DNA of 63,443 nt, counting the filler, from Reticulomyxa filosa (Eukaryota; Protista; Foraminifera), in NCBI GenBank assembly GCA_000512085.1. It is 17 parts of 17 records of this genome, joined end to end, with 100 filler letters (N's around TTAATTAATTAA, not from the genome) between each part and the next. Parts side by side here need not be neighbours in the genome. Positions count along the whole stretch, not along the records: positions 50,170 to 55,229 come from ASPP01040651.1; positions 55,330 to 59,560 come from ASPP01033366.1; positions 59,661 to 61,656 come from ASPP01045670.1; positions 61,757 to 63,443 come from ASPP01019756.1; 13 more parts are not named here. The stretch is one strand, 5' to 3'. Shown in pieces: positions 50,767-63,443 of the stretch. Below the pieces are notes generated by a model. The model was not told the DNA's origin, made no database searches, and was given only the letters and a program-made list of their open reading frames with translations. Made by a program: the position numbers and the translations under genes. Position 1 is the stretch's first letter. Each line of letters begins with the position of its first letter.

Positions 50767-51282
50767 TGGTTTATATATTGGTCTTGGTTATTGATTCCTT
50801 TTTTTAATTTATTAATTAAAATCCCAAATTAATTTGTAACACAAAGCTTTTTTTTCTCAACAATATTTTGATTAATTAACTATTAACTTGTAATTCGTTT
50901 TTTGTTAAAACCCTTGACAAAAATGTCCGCTCTAGCGTCTGCATATAAACTTAACTTTTTTAATCTAAATTTTAAGAAACTTAAAAAGTCACCGACCTTT
51001 GCTTATCTTTTGTGAAAGTGATGGACCAGTCCGATTTTATAATCAAACGTTTTTATTGTAGATTTTAAAATCTATTTTTGATTATTTTAACATCGTAATT
51101 TCAAGGAACTGAAGAAAGGAAATAAAGCCTCGCCTTTTTTGAAAGTCTCGTTTTGGGAGAATCGAAACATCTTTGTTGAGATGCAACAACAATTTCAACT
51201 TCCTCCAATGCTTCAATCAGTTTTACAAGTAAGATTGTTCAACAAAGAAAAAATATTTTGAAAAAACAGAACTGGTTGTTTT

Positions 51283-51705
51283 ATGAATGTTAGCCACCAC
51301 AATCAATACCTCCACAAGCAGGAGAGCAACCTCAATATGAAGAATTACCATATAACCGCAACGAATATAAACACGCGGAAGAATCCAAAAAAAAGTGAAG
51401 AAAAATCAAAGTTGAAAGACATGATGAACGAAGTGCCGAATGGATACGAAGTGATCGACGCATGTGGCAATCAATTCAAAAAAATTGCTCCTTATGTGAA
51501 TAAAGCATTGACGTGGGGATGGATTCCCTTGTGTGTATACTTTGGATTGAAACAAGGGACACATAAATATTATCCAAGTGAAGATGTACGGATGCCCGAG
51601 GAACTGGCAGGAACACAATTCGAAAGAAAGCCAAGTTGGACTGATATCGTTCCTTTTGTTGGTTCAGCTGGAAGTAGTCAAAGTGGGCTATTCTCCTCTG
51701 TTTAA
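51283..51705 (+). CDS. TOM7: Mitochondrial import receptor subunit Tom7-like protein
   Basis: KALTWGWIPLCVYFGLKQG matches the Tom7 transmembrane signature (WGFIPLVIYLG), and a distal KPSWTDIVP resembles the Tom7 C-terminus. The true start may be the ATG at 51421. Confidence 0.7.
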   Translation: MNVSHHNQYLHKQESNLNMKNYHITATNINTRKNPKKSEEKSKLKDMMNEVPNGYEVIDACGNQFKKIAPYVNKALTWGWIPLCVYFGLKQGTHKYYPSEDVRMPEELAGTQFERKPSWTDIVPFVGSAGSSQSGLFSSV

Positions 51706-53255
51706 TTCATCTTTTTACTTGCCATTTCTAAATCTCTCAACATTTTTTTGCTTTTTGAATTGTTTCATTGATTTCTGTAAAACCAAACAGTACATTCAGT
51801 TGGATATTTGTGCCCAAAGGTCGTTTTTGTTTTTCAAAATTGTGATTTGTATCAATATTTTTGGTACGTAAAAAAACTTGAGAAAGAAACATAGAATTTT
51901 CGTAAAATTTCTTAAAAATGTACTTTGTTCGATCTACCGATAGAAAATGTAGAACACGCCATAATGACACAAACAATATTCTAAGATATTTAAATTTGAC
52001 TACAGTTTCAATCAAAAAAAGAAGGGCTTTGTCCAACAAGCGTCAGTGAACGACCTACCTCGGAGAAAGTCAACGCAATGACATGGTAATAATCTAAAGA
52101 TAGTGAAGAAAAATTTACTTGATGAGGGGATTGAACTGGTCAATCATTGACGAGTACAATAACAGTCAATTATAATATATTTGTTGGTTCAAAAATACGA
52201 GCTGATCTTTTTTTATAGTTCAAATAAAACGTACTATAAAAATCACATCTGAAAATATTTTTTGCAAACTCTCCTTTTTTATCATTAAAACTAATTGAAA
52301 ATTATGCGAATTTAGAAATATCTTTTTCGAAATAACTACTGGTAACAGCAATCATTCTTTTTTACGATTTTAATGATAAAAAATTTCAATGAAAAATGCA
52401 ACTTTTAAATGAAAAATCAAGTTATGATTTAAAAAAATTGCAGTTCAAACACTGTTTTGTACAACATATATTTAATTTTTTGCACAATCTTTGCCGAATT
52501 TTCGATCTATTTTTTTGCACAACAAATTTGTTTCGCCGCGAATTCGAAATGAAACACAAATTGACGTGTATGATAATTCAGAAGCAGAAATGAATTAAAA
52601 CATTATGCTTTTCCAACATTTCGATGGTATCGAAACACCGAACATGTTGAAGAATTATCATTTATTCTTGCGCAGGATTTGTAAACTTGAATCCCATTAT
52701 TGAGGGAAACAAGTGGCCAAATGCGCATCAACATAATTAAACAAACAAACCAGCTTAGTTTATCATTTCGTTCCGCTTGTAGCTATTTTGATACTTATCA
52801 TTTTATTGTTAATTCTTGTGAGGTAAAAAAAGAACAAGCAAGGCTTTCATAACAAAAATATTAACACTTAAAGACAGAAAAAGTACAAAGGGGCTTCAAT
52901 AATAAAAACGAAAAGTTCAAAAACTGAAAAGGTGTTTGTTTTTTGAGGTGACAATAACTACAAAGTAAGTGTACCACATATGATACTTGAATCGTCATGA
53001 ATTCCACATTATGAAATATTTTTACTTATTGTTGGTCTGATAAGTTTTTGCAAAGGTCATTGTGTCTTGAAAAATTACAGCAAAATTCTTCAAAGGAATC
53101 AGATATTATCACAAAAATGGCATAATGTACGAAGGAAATTGACAATGTATGAGGCTGTAATTAACATTTAAACTGGTCGTTGGTTGCAAAGAGTTGTGAA
53201 AGGGAATACCAAGAAAATAAAAACTAAAAGAAGATAAAAAGAATAGCGAATAAAA

Positions 53256-55150
53256 ATGCGTGCACGTGATATAGCAGGCGTATTTGTCTCGTGATATCTT
53301 TGTTCGTTTTTACTCCTTGGATGTTCTTTTTTTTTCTCGCTACGTATTGTTGAAAGACCGGGCTTTCATCCGCCAACGGCATTTTCGACTGATAATAGCG
53401 GCACAATTTCTATTGTTTACAGTGACAACAATAGAGCGGCCGTTAGCCTTTCTGTTGTATGTGAGCGGAGTGGAGCAATACAGTGCAGTGGGAGTGATTA
53501 AGAATATATTATGGAGTATATGTTATGTTGGGATAATGATAATAGTATGTTGGAGATATTGGATATTTTACTGCGACATTGACATCTACCAAAACTCGAT
53601 CAATCGAGATTGGAGAGACATTATCAATCCAACCTCGGCCAGAAACCCAAGTTTTGTAATTAAGCATATTCGCACATATGCGAATGCTCGATGGTGTGCA
53701 CTTCGGCTCGCTGTCCTTTACATTGTTTTAGTTGCTGTTCAGATCATGTTCCAAACTATATATTTTATATCAATAAAAAAACAAAAACAAAAAAAAAATT
53801 ATATATGTGTATGTATATGTATACATATTTGTATATTTATATATGCATATGTGTATATGTATATAATGTATGTAAATTTTTTTATAGTTGTGTACGTATA
53901 AAAAAAAAAAAAAAAGTTTGATGTATTCTTACAATGTAAATCCGTATGTTGTGTATGTTAACGTGAAATGAACCATAAGATTATTTGCAGCTGGGGATGC
54001 TGTGGCTGGGAGTATCAGCACGGGCATAATGTACATAATAGTAATGGCAGTTGTAACGACAGTCTGGTTTAAAATTCCAAGAAACGAAGAATATGCAGAT
54101 GTGTTTGCAATCCGGCAAGAACTGAAGAACATTTTAATTTTGATCCTGTTTTCGTTCATTGTTGCTTTTTTCCTTTATGTTATCAGCAGCGTCTATACAT
54201 CAGCTTGGGCCCTCCTCATTTGTTTGGATATTATTCCTTGCATCGGAATTTTCTGTTTTGTCATATGTTTTTTTTTTTTTTCAACAAAAAAAAGTATTTC
54301 GCTATGTAAGAAGCCCTAAACATTTCAAACACAATAATAAAAAAAAAAAAAAACGTATAGTATTATCATTGATTCAAACTGCATATGTATTGCGCCGTTG
54401 TGAGATGATGACAAAAAGCGAAGTCAAGCCAATGAAGTTCTCTGACCCAGAAAACAGAAATCAACCAAAATTGAAATTTCGTGAGTGCATGGCAAACGAA
54501 GAGTCGTTGGATTTGTTCATTACGCATTTGCAAAGAGAATTCAGTATGGAAAATCTAGTTGCCTCCATTGAATTGTTAGATTTACTTTTATTTTATTATT
54601 ATTATTATTATTGTGTTCAATACATTATACATAAATATATATATTTATATACGGATTTATGTGCACTGTATAATTTTTTTTGATAAACATGATACACACA
54701 AAAAAAAAAAAAAAAAAGGTACCAAATGGCAGAGTTACTATTGCCTTTGGTGTCCTCACAAAGACGGGAACAATTTCAACAGTACCATAAGCTAGACTTT
54801 TATAAGTTTGCACCCAGGTCATATATAGTGACACTTGGCGCGGACGTGGAAATGAAAATGCTGCTGCTGCACGAAAAGTATGTATCGTCAAGAGCCCACT
54901 TTGAGGTCAACGTTCCGTCGTATATCAAGGATGAATGGAAGTCATATTGCGAGGCGATCAAAGCCGATCACGGCGCACGCAGTCTCGACGATGTGTTCAA
55001 GAGTTTGTATGCTCGTCCCGAAGGGATTACTCTCGAGGCAGATGCTCCTGTTTTAATCATCGCTGGACATACCTCTACAAACAGTGGCGTCTCGCCTGGA
55101 GGACCTTCTCCTGGAGGGTTTATTTCTCCCGGTGCTCCAACTTTGGGTAT
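53256..55150 (+). CDS. 7TM-RGS protein (multi-pass membrane domain fused to regulator of G-protein signalling domain), 3' partial
   Basis: About seven hydrophobic segments across exons, then RGS motifs FRECMANEESLDLFITHLQREFSMENLVASIEL and LHEKYVSSRAHFEVNVPSYIK. TM1 needs two 1-nt frame corrections around 53290-53340. Confidence 0.8.
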
Positions 55151-55192
55151 GTCGATGTTTTTTGCGATATATGCACGCAATATTTATCCAAT

Positions 55193-55229
<37 letters not shown>

Positions 55230-55419
55230 NNNNNNNNNNNNNNNNNNNNNNNNNNNNNNNNNNNNNNNNNNNNTTAATTAATTAANNNNNNNNNNNNNNN
55301 NNNNNNNNNNNNNNNNNNNNNNNNNNNNNGTATTTCTTTGATAATATATTTTTAAAATATTTTTCAAAGCAACGGAATAATACATGTACTCACATATACG
55401 TGTTGGATAACGCAGAAAT

Positions 55420-56340
55420 CAAATGATGACACCTTTTTTAAAAAAAAATGAACTAATAACATACAAACAAGATTTTATCGTCTGTGTAAGTGAACATGTG
55501 GTCATTAAGACATTGGATTGAATCAAATTACCCGACTGATCAAAACTGCAATGACGAGTACGGACGACACAGTTGCTGATAACTTGTTGCTTGTGTCGAC
55601 AAAGAAGGTGATGACGATGCGAGCAATGGTCTTGGTTCACACTTGCAGACACCAGTTGATTAATCGATTTTTGTCGAGAATCGCATGACATATGTTGTCA
55701 TTTGAACCTTCCAAGATACTTACTCTCTTTCCACAAAGCAATTGATCAACGACGACAATTTGTCTATCGGCGTATACACAAACTGATCTGTCGGAAACGT
55801 CACTAGCGCTTGCCTTGTGCGTGCTGTTATCATTATCATCCAACTCCCGTGCGTAGCTGTAGCTGTTGCGGCGGTCACTATCCTCACCAACGTAAGGCTC
55901 GTGCTCGTATTGTGCTTCTAAAATTTTATCCATTGGTACGTCGCATTCAAATTGCTGCTCCAATTCTTGCCTCGAAGATGCATTATCACTTTCATCGAGT
56001 CGATCATGTTGTCGTTCGGTAGGTCCATTTATTCTTATTATTTGTGTCACTCCACTTGAGCCATAATATCTTCTTTCAGATTAACTTTGTCGTTGATTGG
56101 CAGTCCACACTTGCGCGTCATTGCTCACTGCGCAGCACAGTCCTATGTTCAGCTCTTTCACTATGCACACATATCCATTGTCACCGCTGCAAGAGGCCAG
56201 CGCGTCGCCGTATGTCGTTGAAGTGACAAATCTTTTCACCAACATTACTCATTCACAACTGTCCCGTTGCAACATACTACTCCAAATATCGTCGTCTTGT
56301 CTTGGCACTCGCTCATGTAAAGAGCACCTTTCCAAATAAA
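55420..56340 (-). pseudogene. Decayed coding sequence, possibly WD40-like
   Basis: GC-richer coding-like stretch with frameshifted ORFs (GYVCIVKELNIGLCCAVSNDAQVW, ILEGSNDNICHAILDKNRLI). The family assignment is weak. Confidence 0.3.
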
Positions 56341-57882
56341 CAAAAAATTACTTGCTAAGGAGGAAGGAAACAAACGAAATGACCATCATAGATTTTTTTT
56401 TTCTTAAACGGAAATGAGCAGCAAACTGGAGGTAGCTGGTAGACGTGCTTTAGCTATGCAGATCCAACAAAATATTGTCAATATTAGTATCTCCATCACT
56501 GAGATGAATAGCGCTTTCATTATTCCAAATGATTAGCAGCAAAGATGGAAAAAATTTTTAAAAACTGTTTCCCCCTTGGATTCTTTTTTTTGTCACAATA
56601 CAGTATTTTACCAAATTGTCAAATAAAAAATCAAAAATTCTACACCAAACACATTAAAATTCAAACTGAGTTTTTTCGAAACATTCAGTTAAAAAAAGTT
56701 TTTCAAAAAAGGTTCAATGTGATATTTGGGTCAAATTTAAATTTTCCTTTCCAATTCGAATGTTCCTTGTTTTTACATGTAAAGAGCGCAAAAAAGTGCA
56801 AATTGAAGATGAACAACTTAATACAATTTAATTACTTATCATAAAAGGTTTTTCAGTTTATCTTTATTTTGATTTTACAAGGACAGCTTAATTGATATAT
56901 ACTATTTTTTAAATACTTTTCTCAAATCAATGTAATATCATGATATGCAAATGATTTAAATTAAATATTAAAAATATTTGTTATATTTGATCGATTATTG
57001 CAAAACAGTAAATGGACTACATTCAAAATAATATTGTGTAATTTCTTTTTTCAAAAATAATTTTAATCAATGTAAATGAAAATCTTAACATATTTCACAG
57101 ACATCTTCATTTTTTTTTATTTCAACTCTTGCAATGAAACAATAATTTTTTGATAGCTTTGTCAAGATACCTGACGACTTATTAGTAGGATTTCCACAAA
57201 GAATAGTTGGCCAAGTGTTAGTTCGAATTCGGTAAATGATCCTTCGGAACAAAACGCATTCGATAATAAGTACTCAATGCCTCTAATAATGACCGAAAGA
57301 TTTTTACAAACGCCATATACATACTTTTCTTCCTTTTTGTACCTTTTTTTCACACAGTCATATGGCTTAGCAACTAACCGCAGATTCTTGAAGTAGTGAT
57401 TTGCTATCTTTTAAATTCAGTAAAAACGTATGTGCAAGAATTGACTTCAACGATTGATACAAGTTTCCCCAATGCTGTCTTAATTCATTCTACGAATATG
57501 TTTTTTTGTGATGTTTTTCTTTTGAAGGCATTACCTGATTATTAAAAGTTCACAATTTTTTAAACACTACCTTTTTTTTTAAACTGACAACCAATCAGTT
57601 TAAGTTTTGATCTTTCAAATTAAAAAAATATATTTATCCAAAAAAGCGGTATTTCAAAAGGAAAGATAAACTAAATCATGCAAAAAAATATTAATGTATA
57701 TACAGTTGTTACACGTAATTGTGTCTTATTTTCCAACTTAGATATAATCAATGTTTTCTAGATCTCACGACCTACATTTAAGTTGAATTTTGACCTATTT
57801 TGTGTCTCCTTTGCAATAAGAATTTAACATTTCTTCATAACGAATAAAAAAATGTATATAGCTTAGTTTGAATTAAATAATT

Positions 57883-58161
57883 TTGGAGGACGTGATATTG
57901 AAAAATCATCTCGTATCCTCAAACGAAGAAATGTGGAGGAAGTTGTTTTGTGCAAATGGAAAACGAGATATAGTTTTTTTAATTGAGACAATGGACTACG
58001 AATCAAATACCACGAGAAGAGCAATCGATTTAAGTACGAAAGGCTCCCAATCAGTCCACAATTTATTGCGTTCGATTGTTTCTACATACGTGTCAGCGAC
58101 GCTATTCCCTTATTCGGAAGATACGACAGTCATGAGATCAAATCCATATATACTTTTTTAA
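57883..58161 (+). pseudogene. Possible vWA-domain relic
   Basis: CANGKRDIVFLIET resembles the first strand of vWA domains (DIVFLID), but the MIDAS motif is lost. Confidence 0.3.
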
Positions 58162-60489
58162 AATCAGAAAATGGAAACAATATTCGTACAGATTGCCTTC
58201 GTCCATTTGCAATAGCTTTGCCCTGCTTTCCTCAAACAGTAACTGGGTGTATATCATTTGCGGGCACTTCAAAATCAAAGTTGATGACCTTGTGCAAGTT
58301 TCTTCTCTTTATATGCACAATCTACGTATATACGTTTTGTATATTGATGCGCACTCGAACATTCGTCTCGATGTGTGTTCTTGCAATGTATTTTTGCGAT
58401 TACACAGTCTGAAGAACACATACTTACCGTTTCCAAGTGTTGATGCAGAATGTGTGATGTCAAAAGATGTTTTTGGACACATCAGTTTTATAGTATCATC
58501 GCAAACTTGAACATTTGTAATTTGTACAAATACATTATTTTTTATATGTATTTTCTTATCCCCTTCTTTTCTTTCACGTCCCGTTATTTATTTCTACGTG
58601 TTTGACTTAAGTTGTTCGTTTTACATTTCTTTCACTGTGTTTGTTTTTTTTTTTTGCATGTTGTTGTTAAAGAAAACGGCGCCGGCAACAAGAGCAGCAG
58701 ACCGAACAGCAGCAAGCAAGGTCAAGAAAGTCATGCCTGCGAAAGGACAAGCAGTGACAGCGGGACAGCCGAGTTCATTATTAATCACAGATATTTGAAC
58801 AATCATAAGATAAAGAGATAATGATATATAATTTTTTTTTTATATTACGAAATGTTGAGTAACTACAATTGATGTTCATAATGCAATTTAGTCAACAACA
58901 TAACACATTGAATTGGTTTAGAAATATCATTAATGTAAATAATATTGTGACAATGATGATACTTGAGATAATACGATGTTGATTTGATATTAGTAAATCA
59001 ATACAAACACATAATATTCTGACAAAATATCTAACATTGCTGCATATGTTACTACATTTTTATCAAATGATTCATGAATTAATTATGATAAACAATAATA
59101 TTTCATATGTGTTATGGTAAGATTGAAATCATGGTTAGCTTGATGCAATATTTGATTTTATTTATAATCTAATTGTTATAATTCATTTTATAGATTTTCA
59201 CATGGAGATAACAAATGATATATTATGTAATTTTTACAAATAGTTTAACAGCGATATTATTTGTCATTGATATTTTCTATTTTCATATTTTAATAAAATA
59301 ACAAATTATTTTCAACAATTATAATGAACGCTATAACTTGAAAACAATGATAGTAGAAATAGTGCAATGAATGATATAGTCAATAGTGATTAGTAACAGT
59401 ATCATAAATGTGAAATCAAAATGCATATATATTTGCAAATATGGATGATATACAGCTATAAACTGACTACGATTACGACGATCACAGTCAGTGCTTTCAC
59501 TACTGTCGTTATGATGCTAACACTAAGAATATTACTGTGACTTCAGTTACAACTGCTCGTNNNNNNNNNNNNNNNNNNNNNNNNNNNNNNNNNNNNNNNN
59601 NNNNTTAATTAATTAANNNNNNNNNNNNNNNNNNNNNNNNNNNNNNNNNNNNNNNNNNNNTGAATAATTTAATCTTTTTCCAGAAAAGACAGTGCACAGC
59701 TGTTTAAAGAGCTTGTGACCGTGTTTTTCTAAGGTAAATAATACAACACCAACAAAGCTTCATTATTGCTGTCAATAAAAATGTTTGTTCGTAAGCTTCT
59801 TTTGTCCGTGCAATTCGATCAAAAATTTCAGGTCAAAATACTCTTATATGCCGAATAAATAGCACGGACAAAGAGAAACAGAGACAAAAATAAAGATCAA
59901 TTTGTTGAGACTCTTTGAGATACTATCCAAAATAATCGAGTAACTTGCTTCTGTCAGAGGCCTTTTTAACGTCAAGCCAATGCAACAAAAATGCATAATT
60001 TTGATGTACTCGTATTGTCATGGTCAATTTTTCAAAAACTGTGCAAATATTCACCATTAAGCATATTCCATATAAAAAAATTTCAAACTGTACATTTTTT
60101 TTTCTCTCTCCTCCCCCCTTGCGACGTGGGAATGTAAAAACTCACAGAAAAGCTCAGTGATTACAAAACAAAATTAAAGATTTAAACGAACTACTGTTCG
60201 AGCATCAATAGAATCAAGAGAGTGTCTGTTCAATAGATTGACTGACTTTCCTTTTTCTTCAATCGTACCCCTGGACGCGAGCGGATACTGGCCTCGTCTC
60301 GAACACAGCGACATTATTTGCACCCTTTTCCTCCCTTTATTCTCACTAACTTGTCCCAAACTTTTCAACTTTGCACATGTTCGCTTATTTCGACTTTTTT
60401 GTATTTCTTTTCATTCTTTCGATTGCCTTCCTCCTTATTTTTTATATTCAAATCATCTGAAGTAGCAAACAGCACATTACAAGAAAATA

Positions 60490-60900
60490 TTAAAGAAAAT
60501 AACTGTGACAAATAATCAGACAAACGGATGAATGAAAAAACTGGAAAATGGATCGATTCATTGACGTATAGTAGGTATTTTGTGCAATACCATTAAATCC
60601 TCCAAGAATGTGAATTTTTCTGTTGTTTGTGCCAACACCGTGCACATCTATGGGCGCTTGCTGCACATTCTTGAATATTGTATCGTAAAAAAAAAAAGCT
60701 ATCAGAATGTCCTCCAAAGGAATATATTCCAAGAGTATTTGTCCAACATTGTTGTGTGCTCTCTAAGTTCATGTTGCTTGGGTAACTCTTTATCTCTATT
60801 ATTCCATATTCATTGTTTGTCACAGTCAGCGCATAACACATTCCGCTACTCTCATAACCAATTATATACATTTTATATTGAGACGATCACAAAACACTAT
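60490..60900 (-). pseudogene. Kelch-repeat pseudogene fragment
   Basis: Frameshifted blades: YIIGYESSGMCYALT...KSYPSNMNLE, IYSFGGHSDS and IHILGGFNG. Confidence 0.55.
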
Positions 60901-61789
60901 ACACTGAAGGATTCATATATTCTGTCAAAATTGATTCAAAGTCTACTATCTTCTCTAGAATTGGGATCATATAAGGACATGAAAGATTATTAACGAATAA
61001 GAGATGTTCAAAAACTCCGTTTTCAGGTGTGTTGGTGTTTTCTTTGCTCAAAAACAAAGCAGTGCTATCACTGATTGTATCAATTTTTTACATTTTATTG
61101 ACCTGGTAACAGTAAAGTTGACACAATTAAGTTAAAAAACAAGGATTAATAACCACATTCAGCTAAAAAAAAAAGAAAAGAAAAATAAAGGATAAAATAT
61201 TGAAATAATTATGAAAAATTTAATAAAAAACTAAATTCAAAATGATATTTAAAAAGTACACAATCTGCAGATATTTTTTTTTAAAAAATTAGGCTGAATG
61301 TTGTTTTTCATGTAGAAAACCAACCAGCTCTATAAGGTGCCGTTTTAGGTATCAACTTTACTTTGCATTCTCTGTATTTATTATTTTCCATAAAGACGTT
61401 TTTTCAAAGGGGCATATTTTTTCATTCTATTTTTTAAAAATATATTAAAACTGATTGCTTTATATTACATCCAAAACATGGACAAGAAATGATGCAAACG
61501 AATGAAAAACAAAAGAAAGAAACATTTTTCAATTTCATATGCTTGCTGTTGATATATATGTTGTACAAGTCTACAAATATGGATATGTATGTATCAATGA
61601 CGTTATCTGGATATTTGGTGGATGTTGGATCATATTGAAGCATTACATTCGTGAAANNNNNNNNNNNNNNNNNNNNNNNNNNNNNNNNNNNNNNNNNNNN
61701 TTAATTAATTAANNNNNNNNNNNNNNNNNNNNNNNNNNNNNNNNNNNNNNNNNNNNAAAAAAAAAATATATCAAACATGATTTGAATGT

Positions 61790-62960
61790 CCTTACCATTT
61801 GTCTGCCGTCGGAACACAGTTGCTCCACAGAGACCACTTACTTCATGTTGCGACGCATGGTGTTGGCGATGTTGTCGGGACCTTTGTCAGCCTGCGAGTT
61901 GGATTCCTGGAATGTGGTATAAGTTGAGATGGTACCAAAGTCGGACTTGATATAGGTATACATTCTTTGCGAGGGCTAAACACAAATATTCCTGGTGTTA
62001 ATCGACCTGCAAGGATTACTGGATGGGCCTTGCAAAGATAACACACTGAAAAAGGATCAGGGAACGAAAAGTCCCACCATTCAACGCACTTGCACCATAG
62101 GTTTTGATCACAATACTTCAAACGTTGCGGGGGGTTTTGAGTGGAAAGTGCTGATTGAATGGAGTGTCGGATTTTCCTGTATTGTTCAGGATACAAAAAA
62201 CAAGATATTCCCAAATTCACATTTATTGTTAATAGAAATACAATTAAACATAGTTTGTAATACAGTTTGACTACGTGTCGGTGATTTAGTTTGGACCTGC
62301 GTTGGGGATCCCGTCTGATCACGTCATGTGTCGCTCTTTTGTTTTTCTGAGCCATCCACATACAACTGAGATCAAACAAGTCTTCCATGTCTTGTTTCAT
62401 CGCACGCGAAATATCATTCGCAACAAAGAGATCATCGTTGGGTACTTCCATCGATCGAATAACGTCAACACAATATTTGCCTCCAACTTGCAACTCGAAT
62501 TATAGTCGTTGATGTCCAATTGGTGAAGTTGCGGTCTTCAAGTTCGGATTGGAATCGGTCAAATATATTTCTATAGCAAGAATTTTTGCTTCGAAAAGAG
62601 AAGATAGTATTGGAGCATGAGCCTCTATGTTTATTTTGAGGATACGCGGATGAGCTATTGCCCACGACAAAGATCACGTTACCAACCATACAGCTCGCCC
62701 GACAAATGAGATTAAGCATTGGAATTTTGGTTAGTGAAGCAGTATGATTTGTTGTTGGATCGGTGGGCGCCATCGATAGATTGGTGCTCAGAGTTGATAT
62801 TGGAGAGAATTGTGGTATAAATGTCGGTGTTGTTATTGGAATTGGCACTGAGTCGGCGCTATTGTTGGTAACAATATCGGGAGCAATGGTCATTTGCACC
62901 TTTATTCAAGCAGTCGCGATAGCTACACGTCAAACGTCATACAGTCTGGTGATTGTTTAA
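61790..62960 (-). pseudogene. Pro/Thr-rich (mucin-like) extracellular protein with degenerate vWA-like segment, disrupted
   Basis: P-T-rich stalks (APTDPTTNHTAS; PTRRLTKVPTTSPTPC) flank NVIFVVGNSSS, a degenerate DxSxS motif. The reading frame shifts near 62480. Confidence 0.45.
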
Positions 62961-63443
62961 GTCTACACAAATATAAAGACAACAAAGTTAAACATTCACC
63001 GTTGGCGCATCAATGAATCATAGTATAGTGTGTCACATGATTCCAACTTCCATAAGCGCACCAGATCTTGTGACCAACTTCACTATAGACCAAACCAAAC
63101 ATATCTATTTCATTAATAAAAACACTTTTACTCTTTCGTTGATTTATAATATATCTTTTTTTTAAATACCAATGCCATTGGCTTCAACATATACAATTTG
63201 AAACGGCGATTTGGTCTCCACATAAATAATATCATTTCCTTTAATCAACTATGATATATTTGTTACCACAACGTCAACTTAAAAACAAATAAAGAACTAA
63301 AACAAAGTAAAGAATAAATTAGATAGTGTTGTCTTAAAATGAAGACATACAGCTAAAGTTTTTATAGTAGAGGAGACACACACGATGATGGAAAACATGA
63401 AAAGTTTCCATATTGCCGAAATGCGGCCTTCACCTTTTTTTTT

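Noticed and set aside
57162-57353. IIRGIEYLLSNAFC resembling protein kinase subdomain VIa
   Set aside because: No HRD, DFG or other kinase motif is recoverable nearby, so it is too short to support a call.
13301-61756. Regularly recurring TTAATTAATTAA palindrome flanked by Ns, superficially like a repeat array or recombination site
   Set aside because: It is a fixed 100-nt artificial six-frame-stop linker between contigs. Any gene cluster that spans linkers is an artefact.
1-63443. Prokaryotic systems (CRISPR arrays, operons, defence islands)
   Set aside because: No repeat-spacer arrays or operon structure are visible. The recognisable genes are eukaryotic and most have spliceosomal introns.

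Overview
This is AT-rich eukaryotic genomic DNA and not one continuous locus. It is 17 short contigs joined by 16 identical 100-nt artificial linkers (N44-TTAATTAATTAA-N44), so adjacency across linkers carries no biological meaning. The gene content and style point to a foraminiferan such as Reticulomyxa (inference): short AT-rich spliceosomal introns, poly-Q/poly-N tracts, a highly divergent alpha-tubulin, amplified kelch-like families and many pseudogenes. Apparently intact or partial genes: a large ARM-repeat protein with a C-terminal PH-like domain, a tandem-PX protein, a GNAT acetyltransferase, a BAR protein, a beta-trefoil-like protein, DNA polymerase lambda, CCT7, a kelch-like protein, an RNF213-like AAA+ fragment, two paralogues of a CUE-like/PUB-like family, a cationic amino-acid transporter, a Tom7-like protein and a 7TM-RGS protein. 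Decayed sequences: two copies of a USP9/24/34-type deubiquitinase pseudogene, an ARM-repeat plus fimbrin-type CH-CH pseudogene, a possible CAP-Gly/MyTH4-FERM relic, a full-length divergent alpha-tubulin pseudogene, kelch/WD40/vWA relics and a non-LTR retrotransposon 3' remnant. The best leads are the RNF213-like protein, the CUE-CUE-PUB family, the ARM plus actin-binding-domain architecture, the 7TM-RGS and splice acceptors preceded by poly-A instead of polypyrimidine tracts. All family assignments come from motif recognition by eye; no database search was run.
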